DNA from: Tortispora ganteri
Lineage: Eukaryota
NCBI GenBank assembly: GCA_003707115.1
Contig: PPNB01000034.1
Coordinates: 1-62,789 of the forward strand
Reading direction: 5' to 3'
Length of the DNA stretch: 62,789 nt
Numbering within the stretch: the stretch's first letter is position 1; each line of letters begins with the position of its first letter. The position numbers and the translations under genes are program-made. Below, piece by piece: positions 53,068 to 62,789 of the stretch. The notes beneath the pieces are model-generated. The model made no database searches, was not told where the DNA came from, and saw only the letters and a list, made by a program, of their open reading frames with translations.

Positions 53068-55209
53068 ATGGCTGCGCCTGCTACCATTAGGTACGCAATA
53101 CCTGATCTGGTGATTCTTGAAGTACTCAAGGATTGCCCTCAGTGCACAATAATTGCAGAATCTGTCCAACTGGAAGGTTACGAGTGCTACCTCGTTCAAG
53201 AATGGTTATTAGATCGAGCTTCTAGATCCTCGGTTATCTCGTACACCGGTGATTTCCGCAATATACTCTATGTCGCACTTGTAGATGTGCCTAAAGATAC
53301 TAATTTACATGATCCTGAGCTTGTATCTGTATTTGAACAACTGCAAGAATACGCTACAGTCAGGGAAACGCCAATTGGACTTATTCATGTGGCTTCCATC
53401 GAAACATTCCCTCCACGAACAAACCTCGTCCCTATCAAATCTTTATCACCTGTCAATGCTCGTGTCATGTTCTCTGTCAAAATAAATCTCCGCAGAATGA
53501 ACTGTGCTGGCAGATCGGCGCTCTCGCTAGATAGCCCTACAGACGCTTCAAAAGCTAAGTTCTTCCAACTGTTTCGCACTTTTGACAGGTTACCTATAGA
53601 ATTCTCTGTATTAGAACTCGTTATTCTCGTTCAAACTGCGCTCTTCTACTTTGGCATGCTTGAAGGATGTTATGTAGATGGCTTGCTATGTGACAAAACG
53701 CTTGAAGCAATAGAAAAATGGTGGACTGAGATAGGCACACCCAAATTCAATATCACTTCTCCTTCGAGCTCTTACCTTACTGCTACTACAGTATCCGCTT
53801 TACTCGGTTTAATTTTATCTGCACACATGCGTCTCAGTTTAGTACGCGCTCCAGTCCCCAAAGATGCTTTTGATATACGTCTTTTTGTCCATGCCATTGG
53901 TGTGTTCCAGAAGCAAAACCGTCTGCCACGTACCAGGAAACTCGACCCTGCAACCTCCGATAAACTCTTGCAGTTAACTGTCAAGTCTAATTCATCTGAT
54001 TTCTTTAACGGATTTCTCACTAAAGTCGTTAAGTCCAGAGTCAACGACTTGAAGGGCTCAACTACCGCTCAAAACCCCGCCGAATTCGAAACTTTCGCTA
54101 TATCGCAGTTAGTAACTATCCTTTCTGGAGCCCGTCTGCGCTATCTATGGCGCGGAAAGCGTCCGAGAGGCAACGATGGATCGTCCACATTCAAGGAATC
54201 TATACGTCGAGCGACATCTGGAATCTCAGCGGTGACAGGTCGCATCTACAGCGCTAACTGTTCTGCCCCCAGTTCTATTGCGTTCCAGCTCAATCTTGCC
54301 GATGATCTAGCTTCACAAAAAGGCAGTTCCTCAACGCGCAATGATTTGGCCTCGAGACTTGGCGTGAACAAGCTGAGAGAACTGGGTAACTCGAGAAAAT
54401 CTGGCAAGGGCACATATCTGCCTGACACCGTTGACCCTATAGTTAAAAAAGCTACACCCTCATTTGACAAGCCTATGCACGGACAACAACCGTCGCTTTC
54501 AGATATAGGCATTATCAACGAATCTGCGCCTGCTAACTGCACAGGAACCGAACTGGACGACTCTTTGACATCGTGCTCATCAGACGACGATTTGGAACCA
54601 ATTCAGACAGCCAAGGAGATCATTGACGACGAGTTGTCCTCCTTCTTGGAGCGCTCACACTCACAGGACTGTCTGAAAGATGTAACTGGAATGAACGACT
54701 TTCTAGATCGGCGTCGGTGTTTGAGTTTCTCGTACGTGGAGTCTGCAGTGCTACGGTGGACTGCGTCCCCGAATACGTTCGGCGTAGTCGCCAGCAGGGC
54801 AGAGAACAAGCTGCTACCGACGGTGTACACGGCCAAAGAATATATGGAAGACTTAAAGAAAGCAGTCGACAGAGTACCGCAGGTTTCGCGCGAGTTTGAT
54901 ACAGCGTACTGGGAATACCTGTCGAAAGTACAGGATATGGGAGACCGGTACGATTCTGTAGCGAAAGATCACCATATTCTAATATCTGCATTAAACGAAC
55001 TCGACATGATGACAGCTAAGTTATTATATGAGGCGCGTGCGGTTAGCGCGAGACTCAATGACCTGGACTACTCGGTAAAATCGTTTGAGGGCAAGGTTGA
55101 TCTCGTGCGAGAACGAATCGAAAAGCTAACACGAAAGGAAACATCAAAGACGACGATATGGACAACACTATTGCGTGGTATAGGATATGACAACAGCACC
55201 ACTTCTTAA
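53068..55209 (+). CDS. Sin3-binding Stb2/Stb6 family protein
   Basis: LEGYECYLVQEW, NLRRMNCAGRS, LVQTALFYF, DGLLCDKT and C-terminal coiled coil LLYE...L. Confidence 0.8.
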   Translation: MAAPATIRYAIPDLVILEVLKDCPQCTIIAESVQLEGYECYLVQEWLLDRASRSSVISYTGDFRNILYVALVDVPKDTNLHDPELVSVFEQLQEYATVRETPIGLIHVASIETFPPRTNLVPIKSLSPVNARVMFSVKINLRRMNCAGRSALSLDSPTDASKAKFFQLFRTFDRLPIEFSVLELVILVQTALFYFGMLEGCYVDGLLCDKTLEAIEKWWTEIGTPKFNITSPSSSYLTATTVSALLGLILSAHMRLSLVRAPVPKDAFDIRLFVHAIGVFQKQNRLPRTRKLDPATSDKLLQLTVKSNSSDFFNGFLTKVVKSRVNDLKGSTTAQNPAEFETFAISQLVTILSGARLRYLWRGKRPRGNDGSSTFKESIRRATSGISAVTGRIYSANCSAPSSIAFQLNLADDLASQKGSSSTRNDLASRLGVNKLRELGNSRKSGKGTYLPDTVDPIVKKATPSFDKPMHGQQPSLSDIGIINESAPANCTGTELDDSLTSCSSDDDLEPIQTAKEIIDDELSSFLERSHSQDCLKDVTGMNDFLDRRRCLSFSYVESAVLRWTASPNTFGVVASRAENKLLPTVYTAKEYMEDLKKAVDRVPQVSREFDTAYWEYLSKVQDMGDRYDSVAKDHHILISALNELDMMTAKLLYEARAVSARLNDLDYSVKSFEGKVDLVRERIEKLTRKETSKTTIWTTLLRGIGYDNSTTS

Positions 55210-55313
55210 TGACTAATATTGGGCTGGATGAATGACTACTATTTTAATAATATTTTTGTATTTCGAAAAGACCCGGTGAGTTGGTTTTATATACATGTGT
55301 ATGCGGAGACTTC

Positions 55314-55595
55314 TTACATACCAGGCAGTTTACCACCACCCGGAGGACCCATTTTCTGTAGATGCTCGCCCATTTGAACATTTACTTGAAAATATTTAGC
55401 GACACACCGGTCAATACAAACAGATTCACCTTTAGATAGCTCACCCTCGGCATATTTGGGCGTGATGCACTTTTGATGACAAACATCGACTAATCGGTTA
55501 AACATATCGGTAACCATATCCAATTCAGCTTCAGCTGCCATGATCTTATTCTGATCAACGGCTCCAGAGCCGCCACCCATTCCAAATAATGACAT
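55314..55595 (-). CDS. TIM10: Small Tim chaperone Tim10
   Basis: [16 protein letters not shown] and twin CX3C (CHQKC, CIDRC) followed by VAKYF. Confidence 0.96.
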   Translation of the reverse strand: MSLFGMGGGSGAVDQNKIMAAEAELDMVTDMFNRLVDVCHQKCITPKYAEGELSKGESVCIDRCVAKYFQVNVQMGEHLQKMGPPGGGKLPGM

Positions 55596-55761
55596 TTGTT
55601 AATAATAAATTCCAATTACGCTGGTAGAATCGAAATTTGCGAAGGAGGTTTTGCAGTTTAGAGTTTATTCTTTGAAAGTTACCCGGATTTAAAGTATCGA
55701 CAAAAATACCTTTTTCACCATCGTATGAACATACACACATACCTTTTTTCTTCCATAACAC

Positions 55762-57465
55762 ATGCTCAAAGGTAAGTCATAATTCTTTGTTTGCTATATG
55801 ATGAGTATCTAAGGCTGTGGTTCAGATAATATAATGATCTAGAAAACCCCTAATCGCTAATCTTCTCTCTGAAAGCAATGCTCTTTTGCAGCAATACTAA
55901 CTTCTCGGCAAGCGTTTTCGCGGCCCTCTGTTCGAGCCTATTCTGTACTCCACACTAAGCCAATTAAGTCTCAAACTGTTTCACGATCTTATCCACCGTC
56001 CTTAGATGTCAAAAATTTCTATCCTCGCTTCCCACGAGCGCCCTACAAAACGATAAACGAGATCCTCAACAGCTGGGATAGTCTCGCAGCAACCGCAGAC
56101 ACAATCAAAACTTACGGAAGAGTCGCTAGGGTTCGCGACAATGGCGGTCTTATCTTTATAGACATATACCACTTGAATGCATCAATTCAGGTCATGTTGA
56201 GTGTTCGCGATCTCGAAAACTCTCCCGATCCAGCATCACTTAATGCAAAATATCTAAAGCCAGGAGACTCAATTGAAGTTGAAGGTCATCTGGTTTGTTC
56301 AAGTACGTCTGTACTGTCAATTAAACCCTCAAGAGATATTCGATTCTTGTCGGTAGCACAGAATATTCCTTCTATAGGACGGTTGAAGAAAGATCAGCTG
56401 GTATCCAACAGGGTTCTCGAGTTCAAACTGCGACCTGAACTTAAAGACCATCTAGTAGCACGAGCCTTGATTATTAAGCAAATTAGAAACTTTCTTGATT
56501 CAAAAAGCTTTATTGAAGTCAATACTCCTATACTGAGCTCCGCAGCTTCAGGTGCCGTCGCCTCACCGTTCATCACTACAAGCAGGTTTATCCGCAAGAA
56601 GAATAAGCAACTACAGCTCCGAATTGCTCCTGAATTGTGGCTTAAGCGTCTTATAACTTCTGGTCTTGATAGAATATATGAACTCGGTCCCTGCTTTCGC
56701 AATGAAGGTATCGATCCTGCACATAATCCGGAGTTCACAACGTGCGAGTTCTATACCTCTTTCTCTAGTATACACGACTTAGTTCAGCTTACACAGAGTC
56801 TATTGACTTCGTTTTTTAATGTTCCAGAACTTGAGCCTTATTTAAAAGAAGCTCCAGAGTCTTTAAGAACTAATGAATTTCAGATTATTGATTTCGTGCC
56901 TTATATTGAACAGAAAATTGGAACAAGTTTGCCTAAACTGTCCTCTGATAATCCTACCCTTGTTACTGATATAATTTCCATCTTTGAACGACAAAACATC
57001 GCTCTACCGGCTTCTAAGACTGCTCCATCTTTGTTAGAAACTTTAGCTGAAGTTTATATTGAACCCGCTTGTATCAAACCTACCTTTGTCATGAACCATC
57101 CAGAGATTTTATCGCCTCTTGCGAAATCGTTCGTTACTCCTGAAGGTCATGTATTGTCGCCTAGGTTTGAACTGTACATAAATGGCAGAGAACTATGCAA
57201 TGCTTATGAGGAAGAGAATTCACCGGACGAACAGTTGCGGAAGTTTCAAGAGCAGTTGGATAACAAACTCACCGAATATGACTTACCTGTCATTGACCAG
57301 GATTACATACAATGTTTGCGATTAGGAATGCCACCTACAGCGGGCTGGGGTATAGGTATTGATCGTCTATGTATGCAACTTCTTGGTCTGCAGAATATCC
57401 ACGATGTTCTTCCCTTTGGAGGACTCAACCAGACATTGTCACTTAATAACTCATTTAACGAGTAA
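55762..57465 (+). CDS. MSK1: Mitochondrial lysyl-tRNA synthetase, 2 exons
   Basis: Exon 1 ATGCTCAAAG (55762-55771), GTAAGT donor, TACTAAC 55895-55901, acceptor 55912 (or 55891). Splicing yields presequence MLKAFSRPSVRAYSV... in frame with LRIAPELWLKRL, FRNEGID..HNPEFT and GMPPTAGWGIGIDRL. Confidence 0.9.
55791..55878 (+). ncRNA. Intronic box C/D snoRNA, mgU6-47-like (U6 snRNA 2'-O-methylation guide)
   Basis: Box C ATGATGA 55798-55804, D' CAGA 55823-55826, C' ATGATCT 55834-55840, box D CTGA 55869-55872, terminal stem TTGCT/AGCAA. The D-adjacent GCTAATCTTCTCT is the reverse complement of U6 AGAGAAGAUUAGC. Confidence 0.85.
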
Positions 57466-57528
57466 AATTACTTTTATGACTAATATTATTATTCTTTCTG
57501 CATTTATTATGCTATGCTAATTTGTTAT

Positions 57529-60267
57529 TTATCCACTCTCTTCTTGAGAGGGCAAAATATCGTCATCCTTATCTCTGTCTCTCTTCCAATGGCTTAAATT
57601 CATAATATTGAACTTAGGAGCAGACATTCGGCGACTGATAGTAAAAGACCTTTTGTTTTTTGGACTTTTTATGTCTTTGCTATGACCAGAGTCTTCACTT
57701 ATCTCGCCGGTGGACGAATTTAGGCCAGAAACTTGCTCATCCGTAGAACCTGTTCTATGAGAAATACTGTCACCGGGCGTTTTGCCATCAAAACTCTGTA
57801 GTTCTTCCTTAGATTGCTTGGCATGGTTGTCAGTCTCTGTCTCAGCGTCCTTACGTGTAGAGCTGTGACTACCTAAATGGTGCAACGCTTCAAAGATATC
57901 ATGCTTGGAGTTGCTGCTTTCGTGACTTCCTATGCTATGTGCAACCGAATTCTGACTCCGTGTATGCCCCTGAAATCGCGGAATCCATGAGAATTCAGAT
58001 GATTCCTTTCCACTTAGAGGCGTGCTATTCGGTTCAACAATACTCTTATCCACAGAGAACGCCCAATTAGAGCCGCCGCTCCATACTTTACCGTCGAGTT
58101 CATTCACGCTGCCACGACGAGAGTCTATGGCCGCAGGTCTCATAGGTGGGGTCCCCATGGGAATAGCAGTCAATGCTTCCGTAGAAGAGTTCCAGTTTCT
58201 GCTGACTTCATCTAGCAGTATACTAGCTACCCTATTTCCTTTATCGTCATGACTGTGTAAACTGGCAGCAACTTTTGGTGATTGATTTTTTAATCCGTCG
58301 AGATCATTTGAACTCATTCTTTTAGCAATTCCGGAAAAAACATCATCAAAGCGACTATGCTCTTGATTCAAACTCTCTAAACTTCCATTGGCTGCTCTAA
58401 AATTCATCACGGATCTTCCAAGTTTCAAGCTCCAATTGTCAGTATCAGGTGCTGGCGGTAGCACAGAAAATATAGACCTGTCGGTACTCCAAACACTGCT
58501 TTGACTAGCACTGCGGTTACGCTGAGTGGTCGGAAAATTAAGTAACGAATCTGGGGCCTCTCCTGCAGCTACTGACTGCGGTAAAGGCAATTGTAGGCTG
58601 CTATTGTTGTCGGAACTGTCGGTTTGTGTGCTCTGTCGGCCAAACCAGAACAGATTTGAGAATTTTCTAGAGGCCGACAAGTTCATTGATCTTTGATCAG
58701 ATTTAGTTTCGGACAAAGGTGGAGTGGCATAACTTATAGTTTCAGAAGCGACTCGGTCCTTGCTGCTTTTCAGTGAAGTGTAAATGCTGTTGATAGTGGA
58801 AGCATCCGGAAATCTAGGGTCATTCAGCGGGTAGGAAGCCACCGGACTAGATGCCTGTATCTTCGAAGTTCTTCTAGTTGATTTCTTCGGTGAGATTTTT
58901 TCAGGAGATTTAGTCTGCGGTTTAGTCTGGAAATGATTGTTGTACTGTTCCAGAGCCTGCGAGTACACGGTACATGCAGCTTGATACCTTTCAAAAACGG
59001 AAATATACCGCAGTTCCAGTTCCTTTTGGGCATTTTTCCATTCCTTTTCAGCTTTGTCCTTGTCCAAAAGCAGTTTTTGGCGGTCAGCTTTGATTGTATT
59101 GAGTTCCGAAGCGCCGTCTGCGTATGTATTTTTCGCAGCCGAAAGACTTGCTAACTTGAACTCTATATCTGCATTTTCCTGGGATATAGAATCGATTTTA
59201 GCTGATATTTCATATTTTTCAAGGGCAAATTTGTCTCTTATAGCGGTTATTTCTGTCTCGAGATTCATTTGGCGAACCAGCAGGAGTTCGTAGTCACGTT
59301 CAGATTTTGATAGGCTTAACTTAATTTTTTCAAGCTCGTCTTTTTTTGCAAGGATAGCTTTCTCTTTCTTTAATTTTTGAGATTCTAAAGAGCGCTTTGC
59401 AGACTCTAAAGAGCGTATTTCTGCCTTAAGAGCGGCTTTAGCTCTGTCGTCATGTTTCTTCAGCGCTCGAAGTGATGAGAGTTCGGACATGAGCGCTTCT
59501 TTTGATGTATTGAATTCTGAGTCCATTGCTCTGATCTGGTTTGTGACATCGTCAATTTCAAGTCGAGCCTGTTCGAGTTCAGCGGTGAGCGCCTCCATAC
59601 TGTAGTGGCTATGCTGGTCAGACTGTTTTGGAGCTGGTTTAGAGCGGGAGGATTTGCGGGTAGTGCTATAGGATTTCTTTGTGGGTGTTGTCGAGGTGAT
59701 TACAGCGTTCTCTGCAGAGTCATGCAACGGTGTAAATCGTCTGAGAGAATTTTGTTCCGAAAAACGCATGCCAGGGTCGATGCTTGAGTCCGAGAGTCTG
59801 GGAAATTTGAGCGATTTGAGGTTTGGACGATTGAGCTTAGGAGGTTCAAGGATAGAAGAGATAATCGATGAGCGTACATTGAGCTGAGAGTTGTGTGGAG
59901 TTCTGAAAAAAACGTAACGACTAGCAGACAGGAAATTATTGGCGTTGATAGTAATGACTCTGACAGCGTAGGGAGTACGAGGCTGGAGGCCAGTGATGGC
60001 TATAGAAGTGCGGGACTTGTCGGTTTCGCCGGAATTGCGGTTATTTATTTGGATCACATATTTTGTAATGTATGTGGATTTTTCCGGGCTGTCCCAGTGT
60101 ATGTAAACCTCTTCAGCGGTCAGAGAATGCACTATTGGCAAAACAGGCGCCGGAATCTCAAATCCGAGAGTACGAATGAGGCTGGTTCGAGGGATTAACG
60201 CTAGCTGGCTCGCGCGATATAAAAGATATATCAGCGCTACAATGCCACATATAATTTGTATGTACAT
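57529..60267 (-). CDS. Membrane-anchored fibronectin type III and coiled-coil protein (uncharacterised)
   Basis: N-terminal TM; FN3 signature (YIHWD...YVIQIN...ITGLQPRTPYAVRVITIN); long heptad region; Ser-rich disordered tail. Confidence 0.7.
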   Translation of the reverse strand: MYIQIICGIVALIYLLYRASQLALIPRTSLIRTLGFEIPAPVLPIVHSLTAEEVYIHWDSPEKSTYITKYVIQINNRNSGETDKSRTSIAITGLQPRTPYAVRVITINANNFLSASRYVFFRTPHNSQLNVRSSIISSILEPPKLNRPNLKSLKFPRLSDSSIDPGMRFSEQNSLRRFTPLHDSAENAVITSTTPTKKSYSTTRKSSRSKPAPKQSDQHSHYSMEALTAELEQARLEIDDVTNQIRAMDSEFNTSKEALMSELSSLRALKKHDDRAKAALKAEIRSLESAKRSLESQKLKKEKAILAKKDELEKIKLSLSKSERDYELLLVRQMNLETEITAIRDKFALEKYEISAKIDSISQENADIEFKLASLSAAKNTYADGASELNTIKADRQKLLLDKDKAEKEWKNAQKELELRYISVFERYQAACTVYSQALEQYNNHFQTKPQTKSPEKISPKKSTRRTSKIQASSPVASYPLNDPRFPDASTINSIYTSLKSSKDRVASETISYATPPLSETKSDQRSMNLSASRKFSNLFWFGRQSTQTDSSDNNSSLQLPLPQSVAAGEAPDSLLNFPTTQRNRSASQSSVWSTDRSIFSVLPPAPDTDNWSLKLGRSVMNFRAANGSLESLNQEHSRFDDVFSGIAKRMSSNDLDGLKNQSPKVAASLHSHDDKGNRVASILLDEVSRNWNSSTEALTAIPMGTPPMRPAAIDSRRGSVNELDGKVWSGGSNWAFSVDKSIVEPNSTPLSGKESSEFSWIPRFQGHTRSQNSVAHSIGSHESSNSKHDIFEALHHLGSHSSTRKDAETETDNHAKQSKEELQSFDGKTPGDSISHRTGSTDEQVSGLNSSTGEISEDSGHSKDIKSPKNKRSFTISRRMSAPKFNIMNLSHWKRDRDKDDDILPSQEESG

Positions 60268-60843
60268 TGCAAGAGCAAGATGCAGGCCGTTAACCGACTA
60301 CTGTGCATGTGGAGGTTACTGTTTGTTGGTGTGTGTGTGCGCCCGTATTGGGATGGTCACTGACCTACTGGCTAGCACTGACTGGGGCTCATTTTGCCAA
60401 CACTGTGCGTATCAGGTGATTACCGGCCTTGCATCAGGTAAATAGAAATGCGTGTTTCTGCATATAGCCGCACTAAGCAATCTGGTCTCAGAACCCTCAT
60501 TCCTGTAATGCTGCTCGGATAATGCATTTCTAAACGATCTTCATCAAATAAGGTTTTCGACCTTCAATAACTGTTAGACAATACCTGCTTACATCGCTGC
60601 TAAGCTACCAAATAGAACACCAACTTAACGAAAACCAGCATTACTTTGCATGAAATTTATTGTTTTTTTTTTCGCATTGGTTTCAATTGTTGATACATAA
60701 TCTTACTTTCTTTTTTGTTCCTACTACTGGTACGATGCGCTATAAGTTCATGTGACTTATAGCCCATTAAGGTTTATCTCAAGCCCCCAATCGCGTGGCC
60801 CATACCACCCCACGACGGCTCCACTTCTATTCTCTACTAAATA

Positions 60844-62789
60844 ATGCAATACGTCGGAAAAGCTATCGGTTCTGTTTCGAAAACATGGAACTCAATAAAC
60901 CCTGCTACACTATCTGGCGCTATTGATGTAATTGTCGTAGATCAGCCGAATGGTGAACTAGCATCCAGCCCCTTCCATGTCCGTTTTGGCAAGTTTTCCA
61001 CCCTTCGTCCATCGCAGAAGCGCGTAGATTTCTCGGTCAATGGGAAAAAGGCAGACCTTTCAATGAAACTGGGTGACGAAGGTGAGGCTTTTTTTGTTTT
61101 CCAGACTGACTACCAAGTTCCTGAAGAACTCATGACATCCCCACTAGTGTCCCCTTCTAGCTCGCCTTCCAGCACAGTCTCCGCTCCTTCTGACGAACCT
61201 GATCTTTTGCGGCTCGACTCCTCCAATTCTAGGGACTCCTCTCCTTTACGCAACTCTACCTCGTCAGATGACGCTGTATCCAATGTCACCGTGCCTATCG
61301 CCTCTATACCGCGCTCCTCGCGCACATCCGCGACCGCATCCATCCCCGACCTCGAGCATCCTAAGTACGCTGAATCACAGCGGGACCCATCGCCTGTTTC
61401 GTTTCCAGGCTCAGTTTCTACTATTTCTGGCGTCCAAATCACTGCTGCTGCTTCATCTTCACAGAAACCTCCTACAACGCCGCAAGGTTCTCCTTCGTCA
61501 AAGCCACAAGCTGCGCCAAAACCTCCCGCACCCAGTAGCCCGCTCCCTGCTCTTACTGCACAAGAACGCGAACTCGTACTCAAATCTGCAGATAAGCTAT
61601 CAGAGAAATTTGCTAAATCTGAATTGCCCGTTGTAATTACCGACTCGGGAGACATTATTCTCGACGCTCAAGGCTACAAATTTGACGACGGTTACGCAGA
61701 TGAAACTGAAGCCCAAATGCGTCAAATACTCAGCGATGTGCTTCGGTCTGCCTCAGAATCTGAAATTAACGATCTTATATCTTCAAACGCACCGCTCCAT
61801 AGTAGTTGGACTGATGAGAACTCATCAGAAACTAACGAGTCAAATTCTTATCTGTCGGCTAGCGGCGCCGAAACATATCCGCCAACTGACTCGTCCACCC
61901 CCGGCACTATAGAGTTCGATGCTGTATCGCTGCCTACGACTTCTACCGTTGACTTAGACTCGGAAAAAACTGCTTCAACTACAACTGCGTCAGAAGAAAA
62001 ATACTACGTCAAAACTCTGCGTCTTACTAGCGACCAGCTTAAAAGCTTAGACCTCAAACCTGGCCGCAACGATTGCACATTCTCCGTTAACAAAGGCAAA
62101 GCAACGTGTCAAGCCCGGATTTTCTACTGGTCTGGTACAGAGAAAGTAGTCATATCAGATATCGATGGTACTATCACGAAATCGGACGCATTAGGCCATG
62201 TACTGACTATGATTGGGCGCGACTGGACACATGTCGGCGTGGCTAAACTATATTCAGACATTGCCGCCAACGGCTACAAGTTGATGTACTTGACATCGCG
62301 ATCTATTGGCCAGTCTGACTCAACACGATCGTACCTAAATGGAATTATCCAGGAGGGTGGGTACCAACTGCCTGAAGGTCCAGTTATTCTGTCACCTGAT
62401 CGAACTATAACTGCTCTGCGGCGAGAAGTGATTTACCGTAAGCCTGAGATTTTCAAGATGGCTACTCTGCGAGATCTTAAATCTTTATTCTCCGATGACC
62501 CGAACTACACGCCGTTCTATGCTGGATTTGGCAATAGAATCGCAGACGCTTTGTCGTATAGGTCTGTATCGGTTCCTTCATCGAGAATTTTCACTATCAA
62601 TTCCAATGGAGAGGTGCATATGGAATTGCTTGAACTTGCCGGGTATAGATCGTCGTACGTGTTTTTGAACGATTTGGTAGATCAGTTTTTCCCGCCTGTT
62701 ACTGCTGGTTTGTTTGGCGAAGAGGCATATACTGACCTGAACTACTGGCGGGAACCGATTCCCGAACTAAGCGATCTCGAGTCCGAAAC
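60844..62789 (+). CDS. PAH1: Lipin / Mg2+-dependent phosphatidate phosphatase; 3'-truncated
   Basis: N-LIP MQYVGKAIGSVSKTWNSINPATLSGAIDVIVV...SPFHVRFGKF; catalytic DIDGT at 62158-62172 in the same frame; open to the window end, so absent from the ORF track. Confidence 0.96.
   Translation, partial: MQYVGKAIGSVSKTWNSINPATLSGAIDVIVVDQPNGELASSPFHVRFGKFSTLRPSQKRVDFSVNGKKADLSMKLGDEGEAFFVFQTDYQVPEELMTSPLVSPSSSPSSTVSAPSDEPDLLRLDSSNSRDSSPLRNSTSSDDAVSNVTVPIASIPRSSRTSATASIPDLEHPKYAESQRDPSPVSFPGSVSTISGVQITAAASSSQKPPTTPQGSPSSKPQAAPKPPAPSSPLPALTAQERELVLKSADKLSEKFAKSELPVVITDSGDIILDAQGYKFDDGYADETEAQMRQILSDVLRSASESEINDLISSNAPLHSSWTDENSSETNESNSYLSASGAETYPPTDSSTPGTIEFDAVSLPTTSTVDLDSEKTASTTTASEEKYYVKTLRLTSDQLKSLDLKPGRNDCTFSVNKGKATCQARIFYWSGTEKVVISDIDGTITKSDALGHVLTMIGRDWTHVGVAKLYSDIAANGYKLMYLTSRSIGQSDSTRSYLNGIIQEGGYQLPEGPVILSPDRTITALRREVIYRKPEIFKMATLRDLKSLFSDDPNYTPFYAGFGNRIADALSYRSVSVPSSRIFTINSNGEVHMELLELAGYRSSYVFLNDLVDQFFPPVTAGLFGEEAYTDLNYWREPIPELSDLESE

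Noticed and set aside
55878..55958. Short ORF MLFCSNTNF... and an apparent frameshift at the MSK1 5' end
   Set aside because: Fully explained by the intron; not a pseudogene or programmed frameshift.
60488..60547. Minus-strand TTGATGA...CTGA between the FN3 gene and PAH1
   Set aside because: No closing stem or identifiable guide; nearby splice-like signals do not enclose it.

Overview
Compact, intron-poor fungal nuclear DNA. The gene content (complex I ESSS subunit, DPM2, BCAS3-like gene, short GTAAGT/CTAAC introns) points to an early-diverging budding yeast. I count 36 protein-coding genes, mostly housekeeping, two of them truncated at the window edges. The window also holds an intron-containing tRNA-Leu(UAA) and a tandem pair of peroxisomal 4CL-like acyl-CoA ligases. 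Reading the sequence directly recovers a spliced CMC4 gene absent from the ORF track, and spliced 5' exons for SEC12, the BCAS3-like gene and MSK1. The most notable results are two intron-encoded box C/D snoRNA candidates. One, in the MSK1 intron, has a 13-nt antisense element to the U6 snRNA ACAGAGA region (mgU6-47-like, predicting U6 2'-O-methylation) and a possible second guide to 25S rRNA. The other is an orphan inside a non-coding intron upstream of the MMT-type iron transporter gene. All gene names come from recognised motifs; no database searches were run.
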